DNA from: Candidatus Eiseniibacteriota bacterium
GTDB lineage: Bacteria > Eisenbacteria > RBG-16-71-46 > JAFGJU01
Assembly: GCA_026388185.1 (NCBI GenBank)
Contig: JAPLKG010000003.1
Location: forward strand, 22,871-86,870
Direction: 5' to 3'
Length of the DNA: 64,000 nucleotides
The number at the start of each line of letters is the position of its first letter. Positions within the stretch are counted from its first letter, which is position 1. Positions 28,570 to 38,329 of this stretch are shown in pieces. A program made the position numbers and the translations under genes. Below the pieces are notes generated by a model. It saw only the letters and a list, made by a program, of their open reading frames with translations, made no database searches and was not told the DNA's origin.

Positions 28570-29322
28570 ATGAAAAACCCCATGAAAACTCACCCCGGAA
28601 GATTGATAAGGACCTTGACAATCTGCGTTCTGGCTCTGGCCCTGGCCGTGACGGCTTTTTGCGTTTTCTTTGATGAGGCAGTCTTTCTGAGAAAGGGCAC
28701 GGTTTATCGCGTGCCCACACTCGGCAAGGTCGTGGCGCTGACATTCGATGACGGACCCTCCCCGGTGTGGACCCCTCGGATACTGGACGAACTCAAGGCG
28801 CTGAACGTCAAGGCCACATTCTTTGTGCTTGGTAAGCACGTCAGAGAGTATCCCGAGATAGCAAGGCGCACGGCAAGCGAAGGTCACGAAATCGAGAACC
28901 ACTCGTACGATCACCACGTTATCATTTACTACAGGACGAACAAGTTGGAGAAAGAAATAAGGGACACCGAGAGTATCGTCAACACCGTAACCGGCCGGAC
29001 CACGCGATACTTCCGGCCGCCCAAGGCCTGGCTCACTAACCGAGAGAAGACAAAGATAGAAAAGATGGGCTACAAAGTGGTCTTGTGGTCGTTGAACTCG
29101 AAAGATTGGGTGACTTTTGATGATAAGTACGTGCTGAAGTACCTTCTCAGCAATGTCCAACCGGGGGACGTGATACTCTTCCACGACAGCGGAGGTGTCC
29201 TTGGCACCGAGGGAGGAAATCGCGAAGAAACGATCAAGACAATCCATCGACTAGTGCCGAAACTGAGAGAAAGAGGCTACAGATTTGTTACCGTGGAAGA
29301 ACTTCTGGGTGGAACCCCGTAA
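28570..29322 (+). CDS. Polysaccharide deacetylase (NodB homology domain, CE4)
   Basis: VALTFDDGPSP...ATFFVLG...EGHEIENHSYDHH contains the CE4 metal-binding Asp/His/His motifs. Confidence 0.85.
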   Translation: MKNPMKTHPGRLIRTLTICVLALALAVTAFCVFFDEAVFLRKGTVYRVPTLGKVVALTFDDGPSPVWTPRILDELKALNVKATFFVLGKHVREYPEIARRTASEGHEIENHSYDHHVIIYYRTNKLEKEIRDTESIVNTVTGRTTRYFRPPKAWLTNREKTKIEKMGYKVVLWSLNSKDWVTFDDKYVLKYLLSNVQPGDVILFHDSGGVLGTEGGNREETIKTIHRLVPKLRERGYRFVTVEELLGGTP

Positions 29323-29334
29323 GCGAGAGGCCGG

Positions 29335-31179
29335 ATGAGCGAGAAGTTCCAGTCCTTTCGGACGACGACAAGACATGAGACTTTCAGGAGCGTAATGATA
29401 TTGCTCGCCCTTTCCCTTGCTTTCCTCGTTCTGGGCAACGGCGTCTTGAGTCTCACTAATCCCGACGAAGTCTTCTACGTCCAGACTGCGAAGGAAATGA
29501 TCCGGCGAGGCGAGTGGATGACGCCCTATATCTTCGGAGCCCCTCAATTCGAGAAACCCGTCTGTCTGTACTGGCTCCTGCGCATCGGGTTCGACGTATC
29601 CGGAACTTCGGCGTCCCTGGCGGCGACATCCTTGGCTCCTTCGGCGTCCCTCACGTCGTTCGCTCACCCGGCTACCCTGGTTCCCCCCGCCGCCTCCCCT
29701 TCCGTTGCGTTCGCCGCGCGGCTCTTCCCCGCGATGTTCGCCGTCGTGGGGGTAATCGCGACCTATTTTCTCGTTGGTCTCGGATTTGGGACCGAGAAGA
29801 AGGCCTTTGTCTCGGCAATTGTCCTAATGTCCGCGGGGCTATACATCGGTCTCGCAAGGACCGTTTATACGGACATGATTTTTTCGGTGTTCATTCTCCT
29901 GGCCATGACGTCGTTCTTTTGGGGACACACAAACGCCGCGAGGAGAGGCGTAGGATCAATGCTGTTCTTCGTCTTTTCTGCTCTAGCAGTCTTGACAAAG
30001 GGACCGCTGGGTCTTGCAATACCCTTTCTGGCCGTCACTCTTTTTCTGGCGGTGAGAAGGGAGCTCGGGGTCTTTTTCTGCAGACATTTCGCGTGGGGAT
30101 TCTTGGTATTTCTCCTGATCGCACTGCCGTGGTACGTGTTCATGATTCAGCGATTCGGCAAGGCGTTCACCCACGAATTCTTTTACAACGATCACATACG
30201 AAGACTTTTTGAAGCTGAACATCCGCAAAACGACCGCTGGTATTTCTACCCGGGGACGGCCGTCATCGGCATGTTCCCATGGAGCATTTTTGTCTTGATT
30301 GCGTTTGCGCGACTCATCAGGCGTGTGGCACAAGGAGGCGCGCGACCCGTGTATCTGTTCCTGGCGTGTTGGATTCTCGTTACGTTCGCAGTCTTCCAGC
30401 CCGCGCACTCAAAGTTGGTCAGTTATATCTTCCCCATGTTTCCTGCGCTCGCAGTCATGACCGGAGATCTCGTCTACGACTGGATCGAGGCGAAGGGCCG
30501 CAGACTCGCCTACGGCCTTGCAATCGTCTCGAGTATCACGTTTGCGCTGGCACCCTTGGGATTGGTCGCCGGCCACGCGCTCTACCGCGAGTACGTACCT
30601 TCCAGCCAGTCAGTCAACGGCCTCATCGCGCTGCTCGGGGCCCTGCTCATAACGATGTTACTTTTCGCTGCCAGAAAGAAGTACTCGCAGTGCGTTTACT
30701 TGCTGAGCTTACAGCTTCCGGTGTTGTTCTTTTTCGGGCTCCTGTCTCACGGCGAAATCGACCCGCGCTTGTCTACGAAGAGCGCCTGCCAGTGGTTGCT
30801 CCAGCACGATGCGTCGGAAGATACGGTGCTTTGCTCCAAGTACTTCGCGCGTGGCGTGCACTATTTCACGGACAAGAACGTCGCCGTGATCGACATCGGA
30901 GGGCTTGGTTTTTTCAGTCCTCACCCGATTCCCTACCTGGTCAAAGACGAGGAGGTCAGGGGCTTCTTGCGAAGACAACCAGAAACTCACTGCATCGTCG
31001 ACCATTCTTCCCTGAATCACCTGCGGCGGATAGCCGGTCACGAGATGGCGGTCGACGTGCTGAAGAAGGCGGGAAACGAATACGTTGTGCGCGTGACAGC
31101 CGACCCCGTTCTTGCTACGCCTCCGGCGGCTTCGTCAGTGCGTCCGTGGTCTGGATTCCGTAAGCCACTTCCGGAATGA
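29335..31179 (+). CDS. GT39 / ArnT-PMT-like membrane glycosyltransferase (undecaprenyl- or dolichyl-phosphate-sugar dependent)
   Basis: The N-terminus LTNPDEVFYVQTAKEMIRRGEWMTPYIFGAPQFEKPVCLYWL matches the GT-C ArnT/PMT signature. Multiple transmembrane segments follow. Confidence 0.7.
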   Translation: MSEKFQSFRTTTRHETFRSVMILLALSLAFLVLGNGVLSLTNPDEVFYVQTAKEMIRRGEWMTPYIFGAPQFEKPVCLYWLLRIGFDVSGTSASLAATSLAPSASLTSFAHPATLVPPAASPSVAFAARLFPAMFAVVGVIATYFLVGLGFGTEKKAFVSAIVLMSAGLYIGLARTVYTDMIFSVFILLAMTSFFWGHTNAARRGVGSMLFFVFSALAVLTKGPLGLAIPFLAVTLFLAVRRELGVFFCRHFAWGFLVFLLIALPWYVFMIQRFGKAFTHEFFYNDHIRRLFEAEHPQNDRWYFYPGTAVIGMFPWSIFVLIAFARLIRRVAQGGARPVYLFLACWILVTFAVFQPAHSKLVSYIFPMFPALAVMTGDLVYDWIEAKGRRLAYGLAIVSSITFALAPLGLVAGHALYREYVPSSQSVNGLIALLGALLITMLLFAARKKYSQCVYLLSLQLPVLFFFGLLSHGEIDPRLSTKSACQWLLQHDASEDTVLCSKYFARGVHYFTDKNVAVIDIGGLGFFSPHPIPYLVKDEEVRGFLRRQPETHCIVDHSSLNHLRRIAGHEMAVDVLKKAGNEYVVRVTADPVLATPPAASSVRPWSGFRKPLPE

Positions 31180-32437
31180 TGCCCTTCTCTGCGTATATGG
31201 GGTGCACCAGGGCCTTGAGTACAGGTAGTTTTCTGGCAAAGAGTAGACCGCCACAGATGCAACAGAGCCCGGATACCAGCAGAGTCTTCGGGGCGCCTAT
31301 CTTGTCGGCCATACTTCCTGCCCACAGGCTGCCGAACGGCACGGTGCCCATGAACGCCATCGTGTAAAGACTCATAACACGTCCCCGCTTATCGTCATCC
31401 ACGATGGTTTGCAGGGTTGTGTTGCTCGCCGCCATCATCACCATCATCCCAAAACCGGTCACCAACATTAATGCCAGGGAAAGCCAAAGGAAATGAGACA
31501 AAGAGAATCCGATAAGACCCACGCCAAAGATGCCCGCGGCCACTGGAATCGTTCTTCCTAACCTGAGGATTTGTCTGCGCGACGCGAGATAGAACGCGCC
31601 CGTCAACGCACCCGCACCCGATGCCGCGACGAGAAAGCCGAAGATGTTTGAGCCGCCGTGAAGAATCTGCCTTGCAAAAACCGGCATCAATATTTGATAA
31701 GGCATTCCCATTAGGCTCACCAGAGCGAGAAGCAAAATGATCGACCTGATGGGATCAAAGCCGAATGCGTAGGAAAAACCGTCCTTCAGACCCCGTAGAA
31801 CGTGGGTGTTCTTCGCCTCGGTTTTTCGCGGGGTGACTCTCATCGCCAGAAGAGATCCGATCACTGCAATGTAACTCAGGCCGTTGAGGAGAAAGCACAC
31901 ACCCTCTCCCACGACGGCAATGAGTATGCCGGCGACTGAAGGACCCACGAGCCGCGCACCGTTGAACAATGAGGAATTGAGTGCGATCGCATTCCCGAGG
32001 TCTTCCTTTTTTCTGTCGACCATCTCCACGACGAACGTCTGGCGTGCAGGCATGTCAAAGGCATTCACGAGACCCAGGAATATGCTCAAGACCACTATCT
32101 CCCAGACAGTGATCGCATTCGTTAGAACAAGGACCGCGAGAACGAAAGCCTGTACCATGGCGAGAACCTGCGTGATGACAAGAATCCGGCGGCAGTTCCA
32201 TCTGTCGGCCAGCACTCCGGCCACGGGGGCAAGAAGAAAGGTCGGAATTTGCCCCGCAAATCCAACCACACCCAACAGTAGAGCGGAATTGGTGAGGCGG
32301 TACACCAGCCAGCTCAGCGCGATGCGCTGCATCCAGGTTCCGATCAGAGAGATTCCCTGACCTCCGAAAAAGAGTCTGTAGTTCCTGTAACGCAACGCGC
32401 GGAAGACGAGCCTGAGTCCGGTTGTCTCTTTGTGCAT
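31115..32437 (-). CDS. MFS transporter
   Basis: It has twelve predicted transmembrane segments and the motifs GVLADRWNRRRIL and GQIPTFLLAP. The likely start is MHKETTGL. Confidence 0.8.
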   Translation of the reverse strand: MHKETTGLRLVFRALRYRNYRLFFGGQGISLIGTWMQRIALSWLVYRLTNSALLLGVVGFAGQIPTFLLAPVAGVLADRWNCRRILVITQVLAMVQAFVLAVLVLTNAITVWEIVVLSIFLGLVNAFDMPARQTFVVEMVDRKKEDLGNAIALNSSLFNGARLVGPSVAGILIAVVGEGVCFLLNGLSYIAVIGSLLAMRVTPRKTEAKNTHVLRGLKDGFSYAFGFDPIRSIILLLALVSLMGMPYQILMPVFARQILHGGSNIFGFLVAASGAGALTGAFYLASRRQILRLGRTIPVAAGIFGVGLIGFSLSHFLWLSLALMLVTGFGMMVMMAASNTTLQTIVDDDKRGRVMSLYTMAFMGTVPFGSLWAGSMADKIGAPKTLLVSGLCCICGGLLFARKLPVLKALVHPIYAEKGIIPEVAYGIQTTDALTKPPEA

Positions 32438-32604
32438 GATCGTGTCTCCGAACCAAAAACGAGGGAGAATCGCTTCTCCCTCGTTTGTCACTGCCTTTGC
32501 GCAGTGTAACATGGCTGGTAACTTACTGCAAAGGATGGATCGTTAAGTTGGGACTATCTCAGAACGGCACGTGCAGCTTCGCAACATGCCTACCAGTGTA
32601 GTCA

Positions 32605-32871
32605 CTAGTATCTTCGATATTCCGTTCTCTCTCTGCTCTTGGGCGGACGAGCTTCGTCCACCTTCAGGGTACGGCCCTTGAATTCATAAGCATCCAGCGC
32701 CTCTTTTGCCTTTTCGGCCTCAGCGGTGCTGGACATTTCGACGAATCCAAAACCCTTACCTTCAATGACGTTGACTTGCTTAACCACGCCATGGGCTGCA
32801 AAGAGCTCTTCCAACTGCTCGTTGCTCACGTCATAGCCAAGATTTCCTACGTAAAGCCTACTAACTTGCAT
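32605..32871 (-). CDS. RRM-domain RNA-binding protein (glycine-rich RNA-binding protein-like)
   Basis: RNP2 LYVGNL and RNP1 KGFGFVEM are present. The protein is about 88 aa. Confidence 0.85.
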   Translation of the reverse strand: MQVSRLYVGNLGYDVSNEQLEELFAAHGVVKQVNVIEGKGFGFVEMSSTAEAEKAKEALDAYEFKGRTLKVDEARPPKSRERTEYRRY

Positions 32872-33688
32872 TCTAATCTCCTGTTCATCTCATTCAGTTT
32901 CTCTGTCCAAGTAATGTCTCTATCGGAGGTAGAAGCAAGATAGTTGTTCAGACCTCGTTGCGGGAGCATTACTAATCACAAGAGAATCCTAACGAAGAAT
33001 GTGCTTAACAAGAATTAACCGATTGTTTCCACCACCCCTTTCAGCAGTTACCAGCCAATTTGTGACGTGTCTGAAGCCATGCGGCCTGACACGAGTCTCT
33101 TCGCAACTTTCCAGACCCCGGTAGACGGGCTGCCCTGAGCCTTCTACGGGTTCTGACATGGTAAGTTGTTTTACATCTGTTCAGATATTCCATTGTCTCG
33201 ACGTAGAGAGGGCGGAGTGAGTAAACTCTAGCAGCAAGCAACTCTTGGGCAATTACGTGCAGGCTATCGTCGTCAGAGCGGCGAACTCAAGCTGTCCTCT
33301 TCAATCACATCGCTGGCTCAGAAACGCATGCTCGAACTTGCGAGCGAGCCTCAATTCATTTGCTATATTAAGTATAGCTGATAATCGGTCACTTGTCAAT
33401 CCGCAAAGATGGAATTATTTGATGTGGTGCCCGACTGCCGTTACTTCTTGCGGGTAACCTCTTGCATCAGTTCGGGTTGGATCTCTTGAATCTCAAGGAG
33501 CCTTTGCCATTGATGCCAGAGAAGGTGATCCGGTTTTTCGTGTAGATGGCGTATCTCCAGCTCCGCCTTGAGGTTCACGCGTTCGTCATCTCGCTCGCCA
33601 CTAATACGTGAGGCCCGCGATCCTCCCTCTTCTCCCTGTAGTCTCTGCTCTTCGGAAGACGCGCCTCAGCCACCTGCCCCGTGCCGTT

Positions 33689-34099
33689 TCAGGAGCAGCG
33701 ACCCGTTCCACCCGCGCCTTGGTCGTCCCTGGCTTGGCCGCCCTGGCCCTTCTTGAGCATGCCACCGGCCATTATCACAAAACCCAGTCCGAAAAGAATT
33801 ACAAATATGCCGATCATGTACGGGAACAGGAGATGGGGGAAATATATGATTCCGAGTCCGCTGACGACGAAAACAATCCCCAACACGATCAAGAAATAGG
33901 CGGAAGCGCTCGAGGGAATCCTCAATTCGACTGGTTCCTCTCTGGTCTTCACGAAGGCCATGAGGATGAAACCGATACCCATTCCTATTGCGCCGCCGAC
34001 GTCCGGCCGGCCAAGGGCCAGGCCGATTCCTCCGCCGACGAACATGCACGCGACAAAGACCAGGCCTGACGCCTTCCCCTTTTCCCGTTCTTCGCTCAT
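33689..34099 (-). CDS. Small integral membrane protein (3-4 transmembrane segments), hypothetical
   Basis: A GGAGG Shine-Dalgarno lies 6 nt upstream of the MSEEREKG start. The sequence is strongly hydrophobic (FVACMFVGGGIGLALG...). Confidence 0.5.
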   Translation of the reverse strand: MSEEREKGKASGLVFVACMFVGGGIGLALGRPDVGGAIGMGIGFILMAFVKTREEPVELRIPSSASAYFLIVLGIVFVVSGLGIIYFPHLLFPYMIGIFVILFGLGFVIMAGGMLKKGQGGQARDDQGAGGTGRCS

Positions 34100-34271
34100 C
34101 TCGTGCCTCCGTTCATGAAAAGGTTCCTTGTCCTTCCAGCCCATGCTGGTGTCCCTGCTAAGCACGCTAGATGCAAAGGCACGCCGTGTCAAGACACTAG
34201 AAAAGAGGCAGGAGTGGTTTTGCGCTCCTGCCTCTCACTTTCAGGCGAGGCATACGTGACTTGGCTGTCGC

Positions 34272-34864
34272 TTACCTCGAAAAGAGCTCCTTCACCCTCC
34301 CCCACGTGGTCGTCCCTATCGGTGTCATCTCCGGCGGTAACTCGCTCGTCACCCCAATCTCAGACCCACTGGAGGACATCAAATCGTAGTTCTGCGACCC
34401 AGGCAAAGTCCCAGCCTTATTCCACGTAAACTGCACAGCATACCCATCAAGCGTGTCGTTCAGCGCTACGTAATACTGCGACAGCGACGCCCTAAACCTC
34501 AACTTCCAGTTGTAGTTCGGTGCTACAGGAGCCCAGTAAGTGATCGCCCAATCCGTCGGAGACAACGCAGATGTTACGCCACCCAAAGACCAAGACTGTC
34601 GGAATTAAAGAAGATCATGTACTGATAAACACCATTAGCAAACTGATAGTTCATCACCGAGTACTCGTACTTCCACACGTTCGTAGGAGACACCCCTCCA
34701 CCGGACGGAAACGTGTCGCCCTGACGATACCTCACCCACTCAGACCCCTCCTGGTGGTAAAGCTTGTAACCAACGGCCCCCTTGGGCAAGGCATCGGCTC
34801 CCAGAGGCACCAGAAGAAATCCTACCAGTAGCACAATCAAGAAAAACGGTACCACTCGTGTCAT
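34272..34864 (-). pseudogene. Secreted small protein, paralog of the 34899-35441 gene, apparently split by a frameshift
   Basis: Two adjacent ORFs (34574-34864 carrying a signal peptide, and 34272-34586) overlap by 13 nt in different frames. Together they are about 200 aa and share Y-x-Y-x-V-x-N...FF[ND][AS]D motifs with the neighbouring gene. Confidence 0.4.
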
Positions 34865-34898
34865 TTACCGGCTCCTTCCAGCTCACGCCTTTGGGCGT

Positions 34899-35441
34899 CT
34901 ATCTAAACGCGTTCTTTATGCAGCCCCACGACGTGTTTTCGAACCCGGTGGGACCAGTTAGGATAACGACTGTCGTTCCTTCGAAAACGGTGCTGTTCCA
35001 AACCTCAAACTCCTGAGAGCCCGGGCAAACGTCGAGGTCCTTCCAGACGAAGGTGACTGAGAAGCCATTCAGGCTTTCTCCGGGATAGATCGGGTTAGGG
35101 TGGTCGTAGCCCCCATCCCACTCCACACTCCATGCGCCACCGCCCTCGGGCTCAGAATAAACAAATATGTCTTCCCAACCTGAAGGGTAAGTGTATGAAA
35201 CAAAATCCGAACGGTCCTGGCCATCGGCATCGAAGAAAACCACGAATCCCCATATGAAAGGTTCAAGGGTGAAGTTCTCAACCGTGTAGTCAAAGCGATA
35301 AAGCCGATTGCCGGGAGGACCTGATATGTAAGTAAGCTGTGCAGTAACTCCTGCTGCGTCAGGATCGGCAGAACCCACCTCAGGCACAAGCAGAACCCCG
35401 AGAAGAAACAAAACGCACGCTACCTTAGCAAATCCTCTCAT
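34899..35441 (-). CDS. Secreted small hypothetical protein (member of the tandem paralog pair)
   Basis: It has a signal peptide (MRGFAKVACVLFLLGVLLVP) and YRFDYTVENF...VVFFDADG motifs like its neighbour. Confidence 0.5.
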   Translation of the reverse strand: MRGFAKVACVLFLLGVLLVPEVGSADPDAAGVTAQLTYISGPPGNRLYRFDYTVENFTLEPFIWGFVVFFDADGQDRSDFVSYTYPSGWEDIFVYSEPEGGGAWSVEWDGGYDHPNPIYPGESLNGFSVTFVWKDLDVCPGSQEFEVWNSTVFEGTTVVILTGPTGFENTSWGCIKNAFR

Positions 35442-35954
35442 CAGAATCCTCCTTTGGACGACGAAAGCAACAGGGCCTTGAGAGAACACCAGGAAATCGT
35501 GAGAATAGGATTACAAAATGGGGGCCCAAACCAGAGTGCTGTGCTCCGGATCAGTTCAAGCTCCCGGCTGCTACCACACTGACTGCACAACGTCAAGCGA
35601 ATTAAGCTGTTACTTTCTCCCCGTCGTGCTATACTGATTGGTTGTGCAGAGCCTGGGATGGCGTCCCGGACGATTCGGCGAGAGGCGCTCCAAGTCATCC
35701 GACCCGCCTTCCCCCGCCCGTCCATGATGCGAAGGAACCATTACCACCGAATCGGTGTCTAACGTGTTGTGGAGTCTGACGAGACAACGTGGCGTGCCTT
35801 CTGCGAAAGTGGCATACAAGATGAAAAACGACCAGAGAGAACGTGATGAAAGGAGGGGGATTCGACAAGGCAATACGTGTGGGAGTAGCGAAATTCAAGA
35901 CGTGACGCGCGAATAGTGGGTGCGACGTCCGGTAATAACAGGAGGGACGAGATA

Positions 35955-36692
35955 ATGAAGCGATTTCTAGCGATGTGGGTGATTCTAATGTTGGGCCTTC
36001 TCATGTTTGGCGGTCTGGTTGTTGCGCAGGAGGAAGAGGAGGAAGCCACTCAAACCAAAACAATCGAGACCAGGATCATGACGCAGGCGCCATCGTCCTG
36101 CCAATTCATGATGCAACCCATGGCCGGGATGACCGGTTCTATGTGCCAGGGTTCGATGGGCTGTGGAATGATGGGCGGAAATGCGTGCTGCGGGATGACG
36201 TCGGGCGGGATGATGGGATGCGGCAAGTCTGGTGCCAGAGGTCAGTGTGGCATGCAAGGCGGGATGGGATGCGGCCCCTGTTGTCAACAGCTACACGAGC
36301 TGGGATGTCCCAGCCATCTGGTAGGAATGGCGGGCGAGCTGGAATTGTCCGAGAAACAGATCACCGAACTCAAGGCGATCTGCGCTGCGCACAAGAAGGA
36401 AGTCGTCCGCAAGCAGGCCGATCTCAAGATCGTCGGCATGGAGCTGGACGAGATCGTCGGGCTGCCCGGCGTTGACCTCGCAAAAGTCAAGGCCAAGATG
36501 ATGGAGATTTGCTCAATGCGGCAGAGTATGTGCCTTGCGCAACTGGCGACCATTGAGAAGGCGCAGAAAGTTCTCACCGCGGCACAGATGACGAAGTTCA
36601 AGGAAATGAAGAAGGAAATGTCCTGTCCGGCCGGGAAGCCGGGAACGATGTCAAGGGTCAAGAAGCACATCAAGGTGAACGTAGAAGAATAG
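35955..36692 (+). CDS. Periplasmic Spy/CpxP/ZraP-family (LTxxQ) protein with an N-terminal Met/Cys/Gly-rich segment
   Basis: An AGGAGGG RBS precedes the start, followed by a signal peptide. The segment MMQPMAGMTGSMCQGSMGCGMMGGNACCGMTSGGMMGCG...GCGPCC is Met/Cys/Gly-rich. Two LTxxQ-like motifs are present (LSEKQITELK, LTAAQMTKFK). Confidence 0.55.
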   Translation: MKRFLAMWVILMLGLLMFGGLVVAQEEEEEATQTKTIETRIMTQAPSSCQFMMQPMAGMTGSMCQGSMGCGMMGGNACCGMTSGGMMGCGKSGARGQCGMQGGMGCGPCCQQLHELGCPSHLVGMAGELELSEKQITELKAICAAHKKEVVRKQADLKIVGMELDEIVGLPGVDLAKVKAKMMEICSMRQSMCLAQLATIEKAQKVLTAAQMTKFKEMKKEMSCPAGKPGTMSRVKKHIKVNVEE

Positions 36693-36924
36693 GGCGCTTC
36701 TGTTGAGCGACCAGTAATGAAGTAGGGCTTCCGCGGTGGTCAGCCTCCCTTGCCCCGCCCGGAGGCCCTTACTCCTTATCGCCACCGCACGTGGCCGCGC
36801 TCCGACCTCGGGGGGCGACGCTTCTCGTGTCTCCCCGATTGCCACACCCTCCCCTTGCGAATAGGCATCGACTGCCTTAGACTCCGAAGCACGTCCGCCA
36901 CGCCGGGCGTCGAAAGGAGACACG

Positions 36925-38232
36925 ATGGAGGAGAGGACTCCCACAGTAAGAGACGACATAGAACTTCATCCACTCCGCCACGCTGATCGACAAATGGTGC
37001 TCGTGAGAGACCCACTGGGCCTCATCAAGGAACCCATAGTTCTCAACGAGGCGCTTCTGGCCGTCCTCAGCATGCTGGACGGAACCCACACCATTTCCGA
37101 TCTCCGGCTGTTCCTGACGCGAAGCCAGGGCGGCGTGCTCGTCACTACGAACGAGGTTCAACGAGTACTGAATCAATTGAGCACCGCTTTTCTTCTCCAG
37201 GACGAGCGTTTCGTGAAGGCGAGGGACGAGATAGTCGCGAAATACGCGGCCCAACCGGTCCGGCACGCCTTCCACGAGGGGGTCGCGTACCCGGCGGACC
37301 GAGAACAGTTGGCGAGTATGTTGGATCAGATTCTCGCGGCAGCCAGGCCGGAGCCTCAGCTTGACCCCGAAAGCCTCGAGCCGCCGGCCGGGAGCGCCGG
37401 CGCCAATTGGCCGCGCGTAGAGACCATCACCTTCCCGCAAGAGGACATCATTGCCTTGGCCGCCCCGCACATGGAAATAGACGCGAGCGCCCACTGCTAC
37501 GGCGTTGCATACAATCAGATAATGGGGGCTCCCGTGGAGCTCGTCTTCATTCTCGGGACCGGGCACAGTCTGAAAAGCCAGACCTTCTCTCTCACGATGA
37601 AGGATTTCGAGACGCCCCTGGGCACGGCGTCAACCGAGAAGCAGATCGTCGAGGAACTCCTTGCGTGCGCACCTGGCTGCGTGCTCGACAACGACATGCC
37701 TCATCGCCACGAACACTCAATAGAGTTCGAAGTCGTATTTCTCCAGCACGTGCTCCGAGATCCGAGTATTCACATCGTGCCGATTCTCTGCGGATCGTTC
37801 CGTTCTCAGCTCGACGCGCACTGCAGGGCCTCGGAGATCCCGTGCGTCGGAGATTTCTTGAAGAAGCTACGTTCGATAATCGAGCGCGAGGTGGAATATC
37901 GAAAGCGAAAGTGCCTCGTCGTTGCCGGAGTGGACTTCTCCCACATCGGGCTCAAGTTCGGCGACCAGTACACGGGGCGCACACTGCTCGAGGAGACGGT
38001 GGAATATGATAGAGCCCTCATAGAAAATCTCTGTAACTGGGACGCGAACGGCTTCTGGCAAACGGCCAAGAACGTGAGCGACAGATACAAGGTGTGCGGC
38101 TTCGCGCCGCTCGCCTCGATGCTGGAAATGTTCGAGAGTGCGAAGGGACATCTTCTCGGGTACGACGTCTGGCACGAAGACGCAACTCACTCCGCTGTGA
38201 GCTTCGCGTCGATGGTTTTCACGAGGAAGTAG
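36925..38232 (+). CDS. Memo-like (MEMO1 / AmmeMemoRadiSam protein B family) protein with an N-terminal extension of about 170 aa
   Basis: The C-terminal two-thirds has AAPHMEIDASAHCYGVAY, VAGVDFSHIG and HSIEFEVVFLQ, which resemble the Memo APHAGY.YSG and SSDFSHYG motifs. Confidence 0.65.
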   Translation: MEERTPTVRDDIELHPLRHADRQMVLVRDPLGLIKEPIVLNEALLAVLSMLDGTHTISDLRLFLTRSQGGVLVTTNEVQRVLNQLSTAFLLQDERFVKARDEIVAKYAAQPVRHAFHEGVAYPADREQLASMLDQILAAARPEPQLDPESLEPPAGSAGANWPRVETITFPQEDIIALAAPHMEIDASAHCYGVAYNQIMGAPVELVFILGTGHSLKSQTFSLTMKDFETPLGTASTEKQIVEELLACAPGCVLDNDMPHRHEHSIEFEVVFLQHVLRDPSIHIVPILCGSFRSQLDAHCRASEIPCVGDFLKKLRSIIEREVEYRKRKCLVVAGVDFSHIGLKFGDQYTGRTLLEETVEYDRALIENLCNWDANGFWQTAKNVSDRYKVCGFAPLASMLEMFESAKGHLLGYDVWHEDATHSAVSFASMVFTRK

Positions 38233-38329
38233 TTCACGCGTGCTCTGCCGCCGGTCGTCGTCTTCCCGGCAGGTTCTCCCCGCATTGTGATGCAACCGGT
38301 GGGCATCGTAGCCGGCGGAGTAGACCGGG

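Noticed and set aside
33445-33690. Possible small minus-strand ORF (…NLKAELEIRHLHEKPDHLLWHQWQRLLEIQEIQPELMQEVTRKK) in the RRM / membrane-protein intergenic region
   Set aside because: There is no in-frame ATG and only a weak GTG without an RBS. It is probably non-coding.
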